From contig CAZWVF010000003.1 in the NCBI GenBank assembly GCA_964637695.1, positions 14,838 through 78,837 of the forward strand: a stretch of DNA of 64,000 nt. The letters are read 5' to 3'. Shown one piece after another: positions 46,449 through 55,636 of the stretch; position 1 is the stretch's first letter, and each line of letters starts with the position of its first letter. Below the pieces are notes generated by a model, which did no database searches, was not told the DNA's origin, and was given only the letters and a program-made list of their open reading frames with translations. A program made the translations under genes and the position numbers. This stretch comes from an uncultured Gemmatimonadota bacterium. Its GTDB lineage: Bacteria; Blakebacterota; Blakebacteria; Blakebacterales; Blakebacteraceae.

Positions 46449-49220
46449 TCAGGTAGTATCGGGTAGTGCACTCCAGAAACCGGGGGTGCCGCCGACTCCG
46501 GTTGCATGTGGTCCTTGAAATAATGCAGAGTTAAACAGTACTCGAAATGTGCCGAAGGGCTGGCCTCTCCACTGCGGCTTGAATCCGATTAGTACAACAT
46601 GCCCATTACCGTGTTTTACATCCAGGGCAGCTGCATACCCGTTAAGGTGCTCCTCTCCCAGTAAGAAACCCGAAAGCAGGGGGGAACCCGACTGTTGATA
46701 TTTGGCCAGGGCAGTACCTGTAAAGCCTTCTGTTGTATTGAACACCGGGCTCTGGCTGAAAAATATCTTTGCCTTCGAAGGCATGCCGGCCATCACTGGA
46801 TGAGCTGGATCGACAGTCACTTCAAGTATCGATCCGCCTGCGGAAAACGCGTCTCGAGCGAGCCCTCTGGTCACGTCTTTTACAGGAAGATTGAGTTCAT
46901 CGATCGCGAACCTGCTGCTGCCGTTCATACATACGAGCGTACCGCCAGAGCGGATGAAAGCATCCAGGGCGCGTATACCCTCCTGGCCGATTCCGCCCTC
47001 ATATTGTACCGGCACCGAACCTTTTCCGTATCCATTCATGATCGTACGCGAACCGAAATCGGCGAATATGATGACATCGTAATATTCCCGGAGATCACCA
47101 CTGCGGAGATTGGAATTCCGGATACTGCTGAAATCGAAATCGTATTGTTCGAGCAGCCATCTGGTCCAACCCTCGTCCATGCTGGGTGACCAGGGACGGT
47201 AGAGACCGATTCGCGGTTTCGTCATGACCAGACCAGAAGTTTGTGTGCGCTCAGCTCTCAGTTGCAGGGACTCGACCATCTCGTCGACCAGCTGCCGATT
47301 CAATCCAGTGATTATAAATCGACCTTCCGAACCGGGTTCCGTTTCATCAGCCTCCCCTGGTACGAACCTCACTGCCCCCCCTTCACGCCAGGCGATGTTG
47401 ACTGCACGAAATGCGTTATTCTGTGAAGCATCGACAGAGACAGCCGATCCGGAGCCCGTCAACCTGCCTGCAGGTGGCAGGATTCCAGCCGCAACGGTAT
47501 CAGTATCGAATCCAGGACCCGGCACACTGTCGAATGGAGAGACATCGATTCCCGGATCGCCTTTACCACCTCTCGCTGACATCCAGTCCAATCCTTCACC
47601 TTCAACAACTCTCATCGAATTCAGAACATCATCATTGAGGGGTTCAGATGCCTCTACTACCCGGACATCGAACTGATAGGGCAGGGTCCAGCCCGAAACA
47701 TCGTACGGTCTCTTGGGGGGGCCGCCTGAATACTCCCGCAGGTCAGGATATACCTGGACTTCCATTAGAGTTCTTGCCAGCTCGCCATACTCCTGATTCA
47801 TCGGAATCACCCAGGTGCCGGCCGGATACCTGATCCCTTCAGAAACAACTTCACTGCCCAGTTGGCAGACCCTGATGCCGTTGAATGCCAGGCGGCGCAG
47901 GAGTTCCACCGGTGCAACTGGATCGCGCTGGTCCTGGAGAATGAAATACGCATAAGGCGGCTCTTCGGAGTATTTACGGATCGCATCCCTGCCTGCCTGA
48001 TAACGGTTGTAGAGCAGGTCGAACTTATACTTGGCTGCAAAGTCAAGCACAGCCGTCGAAGCTGTCACCATATATTCGACAGCGTCCCGGAGCCTCCACC
48101 AGCCTCCCGGCCAGGGGCTCGAATACAATGACTCCGGTTGTTGCCCGCTGCTGCCGCCCGGCAGTTCGGAAGGGCTGTAAAAGCGCGGTGTTGCGTATCT
48201 GAACAGGGCAGTTTCAGTCCAGAATGCCGCTACGTTCTGCAGCATCGGCAGATAATCGATGTATCCGGGGTACCAGGCGTCGAAAGGTGCCATATGGGTT
48301 GCCCCGACCTGTCCTCTTTCCTCCAGTGCCTGCGCCATCAGCATCCCGATGGTGTTGACGGTGCGTGCCATCAGCGGATGGACCCTGTTTCCGACCGGAT
48401 CATCGAATGGGGGCAGCCAGATCCTGCTGGGGAAGGGAGCTGTCTGATGGTGAACATAGATGATCTGAGGTTCCCAATACCGCCATGTCCTGCCTATGAC
48501 CCGGGATTCGATCATATTGAGCATGTAGGAATCACGGTTGTTATCGTGACCGACGTACTTCTGATAGAGCTGCGGCATTGACGAGGTTTCGTAAGGAGTG
48601 CCCAGATTCGATTCGTACCATTCTACAACCATGGTCTGGCCATCAGGATTAAGCGTTGGCCACAGCATGAAGATCACATTCTCCAGGATGGCCTCGATCT
48701 CATCGTCATCTTTGGATGACAATAGATCGTAGGCAAGCTGGATAGTGTGCTGGTGGGATGCGACCTCGGATGCGTGAACGGCTCCGTCTATATGGACTAT
48801 CGCCCTGCCTTCCATGGCGAGCTGTCCGGCTTCCTCATCAGTCAAATCATAAGGATGGGCCAGACGAAGTGATATCTTCCGATATCGCTCGACGTCAGCG
48901 AGATTTTCAGCTGAAGAAATCAGTGCCAGATAGAATGGACGACCCTCCGAAGTCCTGCCGACATCCACCAGCTGCAGCATGTCAGTGGCAGCATCAAGCC
49001 GTTTGAAATAGGCGATCGACTCTTCATAAGTAGCCATTTCGAAATCAGCGCCAACCTGGAAGCCCAGTACCGATTCAGGTGTGGGAATGACCGAGGATTG
49101 TCCGAGAATGACCGAATTCCACGAAAAAGATGCCAGCAGGAGGATCGCAGCAGGAGGCACGGTTCTCCGAAACAGTGTTTTCTCCATTAAATACCGCCCT
49201 TTATGTGGTCTCTGACCCAT
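46449..49220 (-). CDS. large M14-family zinc carboxypeptidase (secreted)
   Basis: Signal peptide, then M14 motifs (HIDGAVHASEVASHQHTIQLAYDLL - the HxxE zinc ligands, and WPTLNPDG). ~900 aa with C-terminal extra domains. The start could be the internal MEKTLF (49187). Confidence 0.8.
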   Translation of the reverse strand: MGQRPHKGRYLMEKTLFRRTVPPAAILLLASFSWNSVILGQSSVIPTPESVLGFQVGADFEMATYEESIAYFKRLDAATDMLQLVDVGRTSEGRPFYLALISSAENLADVERYRKISLRLAHPYDLTDEEAGQLAMEGRAIVHIDGAVHASEVASHQHTIQLAYDLLSSKDDDEIEAILENVIFMLWPTLNPDGQTMVVEWYESNLGTPYETSSMPQLYQKYVGHDNNRDSYMLNMIESRVIGRTWRYWEPQIIYVHHQTAPFPSRIWLPPFDDPVGNRVHPLMARTVNTIGMLMAQALEERGQVGATHMAPFDAWYPGYIDYLPMLQNVAAFWTETALFRYATPRFYSPSELPGGSSGQQPESLYSSPWPGGWWRLRDAVEYMVTASTAVLDFAAKYKFDLLYNRYQAGRDAIRKYSEEPPYAYFILQDQRDPVAPVELLRRLAFNGIRVCQLGSEVVSEGIRYPAGTWVIPMNQEYGELARTLMEVQVYPDLREYSGGPPKRPYDVSGWTLPYQFDVRVVEASEPLNDDVLNSMRVVEGEGLDWMSARGGKGDPGIDVSPFDSVPGPGFDTDTVAAGILPPAGRLTGSGSAVSVDASQNNAFRAVNIAWREGGAVRFVPGEADETEPGSEGRFIITGLNRQLVDEMVESLQLRAERTQTSGLVMTKPRIGLYRPWSPSMDEGWTRWLLEQYDFDFSSIRNSNLRSGDLREYYDVIIFADFGSRTIMNGYGKGSVPVQYEGGIGQEGIRALDAFIRSGGTLVCMNGSSRFAIDELNLPVKDVTRGLARDAFSAGGSILEVTVDPAHPVMAGMPSKAKIFFSQSPVFNTTEGFTGTALAKYQQSGSPLLSGFLLGEEHLNGYAAALDVKHGNGHVVLIGFKPQWRGQPFGTFRVLFNSALFQGPHATGVGGTPGFWSALPDTT

Positions 49221-49551
49221 GACTGCAAAAGAATGTAATATAGTACTCTATCACAACGGGCCGGATTTACACGAGACATATATGGGAACAGATCCTTCTG
49301 TTCACGGCATTCTCAATGAATCTGATTGGGGCAGGCCGGCAGAATGCGCCTCGGTCAATTGCCCAACTGCTCCCGTTAACAGCCGCTGAAAATCGGAACA
49401 GGTTGATGACAGGACGATTCTGGCACTCCAGGTTATTTGAATCTGTTACATTACCTTATGAAGATTCTGGATCTGACAGCCGGTTCCAAGAATGAAAATC
49501 ACATTCGGTTCCTTACCCTGACAGCCAGGATACATCTTTTCAATACGATGC

Positions 49552-50205
49552 TTGAATTCTGGAAGAAAAATTTCTGACATGGATGACTCCTATTCCCGGT
49601 TCGCCCGGTACTACGATCCCATAATAGGGAAGGTCAACCGAAAGCTCAGATCCATAGGATTGAGAATCCTGCCTCCCCGACCGGGGATGCACGTTCTCGA
49701 TGTTGGATGTGGTACCGGGCTGCTGCTTGAAGAATATCAGGAAGCAGGATGCCTGGTCACCGGTCTCGACTCATCACCGGCGATGCTGGGGATTGCCGAT
49801 AGACGGTTGGGCGACACAGCTGATCTTCTACTGGGCAGTGCTGCTGAAATGCCCTATGCAGAGGACACTTTCGACCTTATTACAGCCTCCCTGATCCTGC
49901 ACGAACTGGCTCCAGAGGTACGGATCGCGGTGCTTGGCGAAATGAGTAGAGTGCTCAGGCAGGATGGACGCATTCTGATTACAGACTACCATCCCGGCCC
50001 TGTCAAACCGCTGAGAGGTTGGATGACAAAGATCGGCATCACAGTTGCGGAAACCATTGCCGGTGGTGAGCACCACAGGAACTATCGCCATTTTATGGCC
50101 AGTGGCGGTATATACCCCCTCCTGGATGAACACCGGCTTTCAATTGAGGCACAGAAGATAGTCGGAGGAGATACAATAGGATTGTATGTCCTGGCAACCT
50201 CTTAG
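49552..50205 (+). CDS. class I SAM-dependent methyltransferase (UbiE/COQ5-like)
   Basis: HVLDVGCGTGLLLEEY (motif I), LDSSPAMLGIA, AEDTFDLITASLILHEL. An alternative start is the MDDSY at 49579. Confidence 0.75.
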   Translation: MNSGRKISDMDDSYSRFARYYDPIIGKVNRKLRSIGLRILPPRPGMHVLDVGCGTGLLLEEYQEAGCLVTGLDSSPAMLGIADRRLGDTADLLLGSAAEMPYAEDTFDLITASLILHELAPEVRIAVLGEMSRVLRQDGRILITDYHPGPVKPLRGWMTKIGITVAETIAGGEHHRNYRHFMASGGIYPLLDEHRLSIEAQKIVGGDTIGLYVLATS

Positions 50206-50297
50206 GCGGATTTACTCGACCGGCATCTCAGGCATTCCCTGAAGGGCGCTGGTGGATCGCACCGATTGAAGCCTTCAAATCAGATTACCAGTCGTGC

Positions 50298-51434
50298 CTA
50301 TTCCAGCACATGAATGTTCCGGGGCTCGCAGATATCCTTGAGAGCCCTGGGCCAGACAGTTACGCTCACCTCACCCAGATGGGCGGTACGGAGCAGGTAC
50401 ATGTAGGTTCGTGACTGACCGATGCCGCCACCAATGCTCAGCGGTATCTCATCATTCAGAATCGCCTGGTGGTAGGGCAGCTGCAGGAAGTCTTCCTGTC
50501 CCGACAGCTTCAACTGGACCTTCAGCGTGTCCCTGGTGACGCGAATGCCCATTGAAGTAAGTTCGTGCCGACGCCGTGTTACCGGATTCCAGACCAGGAT
50601 GTCACCGTTGAGGCCGTGGCACACTTCACCTTTATAATCCACGGTCTCGGTTACCCAGTCGTCGTAGTCAGCGGCACGCATTTCATGCGGATAACCGTCT
50701 TTCAGCACCCAGCCGATCCCGATGATGAAAATGGCGGGCGCAACTTCCGTGATCATTTTCGTCTCGCGCTGCTTTCTGGGCAGGTCGGGGTAGCGGTCCA
50801 GAATCTCCTCGGCATGAAAGAACTGGAGTTCCTCAGGGAAGTCGGGATACATGTCGGTCCGCAGTGCCGGAAACTGCTCCTGGGCGGACTTACCGGCGCC
50901 GTAGAGGACCTTCCATATCTTCCGGACCACATCCTTGAGGAAGTCGAGGTTACGATGCTCCTCGGTAATCGCCATCTCCCAGTCCCACTGGTCAACGTAT
51001 GCGGAGTGGTCGTGGTCCAGAAAATAATCCTTCCTCACGGCCTTCATGTCGGTGCAGATACCTTCACCAACAGCGCAATCGAACTGCTTGAGCGCCATAC
51101 GCTTCCACTTTGTTGCTGCCTGTACAACCTGCGCCTGAATCGGTGATTCAAGGCCGAGACCGCAGGGGAACTCAACCGGTGTTCTCGATCCGTCACGGTC
51201 GAGATAGTCATTTACTCCGCTGTCACGATCCACGATAAGAGGAACCTGAACCATGTGCAGATTCAGTTCCCTGCACAGGTTCTCCTCAATGTAGTTCTTC
51301 ATCGTAAAGAGAGCCTGCATGCGCTCAAGCGGTGTCTGCAGGGGCTCATAATCGTCGGGTAATATCCTAGCCACTTCCGGATAGGTGCTGATTCCTGGTC
51401 CAGCTAGATCTGCTGTCTTGTCTGTGTTTGCCAT
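50298..51434 (-). CDS. asnA: aspartate--ammonia ligase (asparagine synthetase A) with a ~30-aa N-terminal extension
   Basis: Collinear with E. coli AsnA along the whole length: ...YVDQWDWEMAITEE..., ...HAEEILDRYPDLPRKQRE..., GLNGDILVWNPV, LTSMGIRV, IGGGIGQSRTYMYLL. AAGGAG RBS 8 nt before the ATG at 51434. The track ORF extends to 51689 with no RBS. Confidence 0.85.
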   Translation of the reverse strand: MANTDKTADLAGPGISTYPEVARILPDDYEPLQTPLERMQALFTMKNYIEENLCRELNLHMVQVPLIVDRDSGVNDYLDRDGSRTPVEFPCGLGLESPIQAQVVQAATKWKRMALKQFDCAVGEGICTDMKAVRKDYFLDHDHSAYVDQWDWEMAITEEHRNLDFLKDVVRKIWKVLYGAGKSAQEQFPALRTDMYPDFPEELQFFHAEEILDRYPDLPRKQRETKMITEVAPAIFIIGIGWVLKDGYPHEMRAADYDDWVTETVDYKGEVCHGLNGDILVWNPVTRRRHELTSMGIRVTRDTLKVQLKLSGQEDFLQLPYHQAILNDEIPLSIGGGIGQSRTYMYLLRTAHLGEVSVTVWPRALKDICEPRNIHVLE

Positions 51435-51723
51435 CAATGAATCTCCTTTGAACTGCTCCTGCTCTCTTTTCAGGGGCGGGATGAATTCAGTCCCGCCCGG
51501 GTAATGATGTCCCCGCGATCGGAAAGCCTGTTGCCCTCCGACATCAGGGTGAACCCGAAAGGAATCGGGCAAAAATATCACGGCCAGGGAGAGAAGATCT
51601 TCTTCCAGAGGAATGAACGCGTATACATGAACGGAAATATATCGGGGGCTGCGGTTTTGTCCATCCCCATAAGCGACCGGAGATGGCACAATAACGCAAT
51701 CGGACGAACGGCCGTAATTTCAG

Positions 51724-52194
51724 CTATTCCAATCTCAGGCATTCCAGGGGATCGAGCCGCGATGCGCGGATTGCCGGGAGAAGAGTTGAGATCCCGGCAA
51801 TCAGCAGTATCAGGGTGGTTACTGAAATCAGTGTGATCGGATCAAATGGTGATATCTCATAGAGCTGGCTTCTGATAGTTTCCACCAGCAGCAGTGCAAT
51901 CAGCAATCCCGTCGCTGTTCCGAATAACGCCAGTCTTAAACCCTGTTTCAGTATCATCTGGATCAGGCTATTGCCCGATGCACCACAGGCCATTCTGACA
52001 CCGATCTCACGGATTCTCTCACCGACCATCTGAGACATGACTCCATAGATACCGAGAGAGGCCAGGGTGACGGCAAAAACAGCAAAGAGAACAAGCAGTA
52101 ACATAGTTGTTTTCCGGTCGCCGATCGAAGCTGCAATAAGATCCTCCATCACCGCAATATTCGCGACAGGTTGATTCTGATCCATGGAAAGCAC
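51724..52194 (-). pseudogene. remnant of an FtsX/MacB-type ABC-transporter permease (only the C-terminal TM2-TM4 block)
   Basis: ...LLVLFAVFAVTLASLGIYGVMSQMVGERIREIGVRMACGAS...LPAIRASRLDPLECLRLE is the conserved FtsX C-terminal domain. The N-terminal TM1 and the periplasmic domain (normally >250 aa upstream) are absent. No ATPase or partner gene is nearby. Confidence 0.6.
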
Positions 52195-52401
52195 AGTTCC
52201 CCGTAAGGCAGAAACAAATTCAAGGGGATCCGATTCCGTGCGATGGAACCTCCTCAGATTCTTGTTTTCCCTACAATGTCTATGAAAAAAGGGAACAGGA
52301 AGTTACATATTTCCCTGCAATGTACTGGAATAATATTTCTGCGGGATCAGTCACTGAAGCTTCTGGGTTTCGACAGTTGAGTTGGAGTAGGATACCTGAT
52401 A

Positions 52402-54072
52402 ATGGACAGATCGAATACCGGCATAACGAGCGATTTGAAGGTCTACGGCGATGGCTCTCCAGGGGGCAAGGGGATCGGCCTGATAATGATAAGTGAATGT
52501 TCCATCCCGCAGATCGAGAAAATCCAGACACGGATATTGAGTACTGCCTTCTACGACCACTTCCTGGGACGGGACAGGAGATTCACCGAAAAGGAGATGA
52601 ATACTATTCGAGCGGTTGTCGAAGAGCTGGACGATGGTCCGATCAGTGTCCGTTCTTCTGCCACCGATGAGGCCGGAGGTGAAGAGAGGGAGGGGGATCA
52701 TCTCCACGCCGGTGAATATCTTTCGTTCATGCTCCCGAATAATCAATCCGATCCCGAAGTGCGATTCCAGCAGGTACTCAAGGCAATAACATACATTTAC
52801 GATGATTTCATCGACAGGCAGACTACTTCCAGTTCCGAGAAGATGGCGATCATTATCAATCCAATCCCGGGTGTCTTCGATAATACCAATGCCGGACCCT
52901 GTTTCTACCCGTGCATCTCGGGCGTTGCGAATTCTTACTTTCCATATGCTCTCAAAACGCAGGATCCGAATGATGGATTCGCACGGATCGCTTTCGGGCA
53001 CGGCTACGCCGCCATTCTGGATGATTTCCCGATAGTCTCCATGGCGACCATAAGAGATCCCATCCCGCTCGAACTGCTCCAGAGCGGAAACCGTCAGCAG
53101 TATTTCTATGCGCTGAATATGGCTCGGGATTCGGAACTCACCGGTGATGAACTGGCTACCATGCAGATTCTGCACGCCCGGTTCGCCGACCAATCGGTTA
53201 TCCATTTGCTGGGAGTGAAGGAGAACCGGATTTCCCTGGAGAACCTCATCCGGGAGGATCATTTCAATTTCAGGACCACGCTGGTTGAGATAATGGAAGC
53301 GATCAAGGCACGCATTATTCCTCACTTCCAGATCGAATTCGTCTTCAACCTGGATCATTCAGAAAAGGATCCGCAGGAGGGTGTGTTCCACATCGTCCAG
53401 CTCACTCTCCTGCCGGAACTGCAACGGGATGCAGTCCAGATTCCATTGAATGCTGCAGATTCGCTCCTATCTATCACCAACTCCCAGGGACATGGCATAA
53501 CCAGGGGAATACGGTATGCTGTCGTGGTCTCGCCCTTTATCTATTCTCAGGAAATGAATGACGAAGTTCGACAGGGGATTGCAGAGATCAACAGCCGGAT
53601 GAAGGAGATGAATGAGCGCTATGTTCTGATCGTACCGGGTCGATTGGGCAGTGCCAACCGGGACTGGGGTATCTTTGTCCAGTACAGGGAGGTTAGCCAG
53701 GCCGCCGCCATTTTCGAATACGGTGTCGATATCGCAGGGCGGGAGGAACCATTGACGGAAAGAGACACTGTCACCGGCGGAATTTACGGAACCCATTTCC
53801 TATATTTGATTCAGGGCCGTCACGATGAGGAGAAGAAACGGATGCAGACCCGGATGTACGGCACTCAGGGTACCCATTTCCTCACCAACCTGGTGGCCAA
53901 CAATACCGTATACGGGTTCATCGCACCTGCCGAAGACTACCTCGATCCATGGTTCTTCACCTCGGTCAATCCCGGTGAACCAATCTCTCAACTGGAATTT
54001 CCCGTACCGGTGACAGTATATGCGGATTCAATCCGCCAGTTCTGCAAGGTGATCCCCGATCATGCCCACTGA
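52402..54072 (+). CDS. hypothetical protein with a PPDK_N-like (PEP-utilising enzyme, nucleotide-binding ATP-grasp) N-terminal domain
   Basis: The glycine-rich loop YGDGSPGGKGIGLIM resembles the GGK(G/A)xxL ATP-binding loop of the pyruvate-phosphate dikinase / PEP synthase N-domain. No swivel phospho-His domain is recognisable. 556 aa. The minus-strand ORF 52351..53358 is an antisense shadow. Confidence 0.5.
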   Translation: MDRSNTGITSDLKVYGDGSPGGKGIGLIMISECSIPQIEKIQTRILSTAFYDHFLGRDRRFTEKEMNTIRAVVEELDDGPISVRSSATDEAGGEEREGDHLHAGEYLSFMLPNNQSDPEVRFQQVLKAITYIYDDFIDRQTTSSSEKMAIIINPIPGVFDNTNAGPCFYPCISGVANSYFPYALKTQDPNDGFARIAFGHGYAAILDDFPIVSMATIRDPIPLELLQSGNRQQYFYALNMARDSELTGDELATMQILHARFADQSVIHLLGVKENRISLENLIREDHFNFRTTLVEIMEAIKARIIPHFQIEFVFNLDHSEKDPQEGVFHIVQLTLLPELQRDAVQIPLNAADSLLSITNSQGHGITRGIRYAVVVSPFIYSQEMNDEVRQGIAEINSRMKEMNERYVLIVPGRLGSANRDWGIFVQYREVSQAAAIFEYGVDIAGREEPLTERDTVTGGIYGTHFLYLIQGRHDEEKKRMQTRMYGTQGTHFLTNLVANNTVYGFIAPAEDYLDPWFFTSVNPGEPISQLEFPVPVTVYADSIRQFCKVIPDHAH

Positions 54073-55510
54073 GGAACAGAACAGGGAAAATCCCTTCGTC
54101 CCGCGGATAATAAATCCGATCAAGATCGACCATGCAGTTGTCTTTGCCGGAGAAACACTCATCCGGGATGCAGCACCGCTGCTGGTTGAGGATATGCCCT
54201 GGATAAAGATCGATGTCTGTCACGATCCCGGTACGGCTGCCCGGTTCGTTGCCGATGGTGCGGCAGTCTTCATCTTCGACGATACAGCTCTACCGCTGGT
54301 CGATACCGATACGATCCGTAAGAACAATCGTGATGCCGTAATCGTGCTGCTCTCTGCAAATCCCTATATCCAGTGCTCTCCTCCCGGACCCGCCCTTGAG
54401 AGATACCCCTACACGGGCAGGGCCGATCTCGTGTTTGCATACGATACAACCGAATGCGTTCCCCGCACCGTCATCACACCGGCGGTCAAAGCGGCCGAGG
54501 ACCTGATTAATATCCGGACCACATCCCTTGATGTCCGTCGTTTCATCTTCCTGGTGGTTGATGATGAACCGCGCTGGCTGTCTCAATTCCTGCCTGTTCT
54601 CCACAGTATCATCGCACAGCGTGCCGATGTCATGGTCACCCGCACTTACGAGGATACCCTGCAATTCCTTTTCGCAGCGGAAGATGAGTGTGAGATAGAT
54701 CCCGAGACCATGCGCAGGAGGGGGCAGGCCAGAGATGTCATCTTTCTGATCACCGATATCTTCTTCCCCCGCGGTGATGAGCCGGAGAGCGATGCCGGAC
54801 GCGACCTGATCCGCCTGGTAAATCAGTACTACCCCCGTATACCGATAGTAATAGCCTCAAAGGCTGAGGAGGCCGAGACCTTCAGGGACAGGGCATATCT
54901 GCTTCCCAAGGGAGATCCGGGCAGCCTTCAGGAGCTGTCCAACTACATCCGGGATTTCTCGGGAATGGGTGACTTCCTGATCAGGACCGGCAAAGGTGAA
55001 GTTCTTCACCGTATCAAGAACATCCATGGTCTCTATCAATTGGTTCTTGAAGCGGGAAAAGACACTCCGGAAGGACATGAACTGCGTGCGATTATCGAAA
55101 ATTACGCAGAAAAAGACAGGTTTTCCACCTGGCTCTACATGCACAGCTACCGGGAACTCGGTGACAAGCTCAGGCCGAGGCATACCAGGGGAAGGGAATT
55201 GATCTCTTTGTTGAAAGAGGACTTTGGAAAGCAGATAGACTGGCTGAAGTCTACTCCTTTGATAATCGATGGTATCAGAATCCATTCGATTTCAGATCTG
55301 CTGCATATGCTCCGCACCGCAGATAAAGAGGTCATCCAGCCGTTTTCCGATAATGATGTCCTCTCCTCATGGCTTGATCGGCAGGGGTATTCAGAGCTGG
55401 CCGAGGAATTGCGTCCAATCCACGGAAGCGGGGAAGAACTGACCCGTACTCTAATCTCAGTGATTGAGAAGTGGCAGGCATTCTACGAGAAAGATACCAA
55501 CTTACGTTAA
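54062..55510 (+). CDS. hypothetical signalling protein with two tandem receiver (REC)-like domains and a C-terminal ~180-aa domain of unknown function
   Basis: First REC-like: AVFIFDDTALPLVD...AVIVLLSANP. Second: RFIFLVVDDEPRWLS... DVIFLITDIFFPRGDEPESDAGRDLIRLVNQYYPRIPIVIASKAEE (D-x-x-F-P and S/T-K pattern). Its start overlaps the end of the upstream PPDK_N-like gene by 11 nt, so the two are probably co-translated. Confidence 0.5.
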   Translation: MPTEEQNRENPFVPRIINPIKIDHAVVFAGETLIRDAAPLLVEDMPWIKIDVCHDPGTAARFVADGAAVFIFDDTALPLVDTDTIRKNNRDAVIVLLSANPYIQCSPPGPALERYPYTGRADLVFAYDTTECVPRTVITPAVKAAEDLINIRTTSLDVRRFIFLVVDDEPRWLSQFLPVLHSIIAQRADVMVTRTYEDTLQFLFAAEDECEIDPETMRRRGQARDVIFLITDIFFPRGDEPESDAGRDLIRLVNQYYPRIPIVIASKAEEAETFRDRAYLLPKGDPGSLQELSNYIRDFSGMGDFLIRTGKGEVLHRIKNIHGLYQLVLEAGKDTPEGHELRAIIENYAEKDRFSTWLYMHSYRELGDKLRPRHTRGRELISLLKEDFGKQIDWLKSTPLIIDGIRIHSISDLLHMLRTADKEVIQPFSDNDVLSSWLDRQGYSELAEELRPIHGSGEELTRTLISVIEKWQAFYEKDTNLR

Positions 55511-55636
55511 TTGAGACTCAGAGTAAAAGTGACTGCCTGACGCTGCGTTGCAGATTGTCATTCGCCAATATTCCATCTGACGATATCATGCCTGGCACGC
55601 TGGCCGGTTTGCACGGATGGAAGCGGCAGTCGAGGG

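Noticed and set aside
52351-53358. 335-aa minus-strand ORF
   Set aside because: It is antisense to the PPDK_N-like ORF. It starts inside the permease remnant's promoter region with no RBS, and the plus-strand gene has the better coding pattern.
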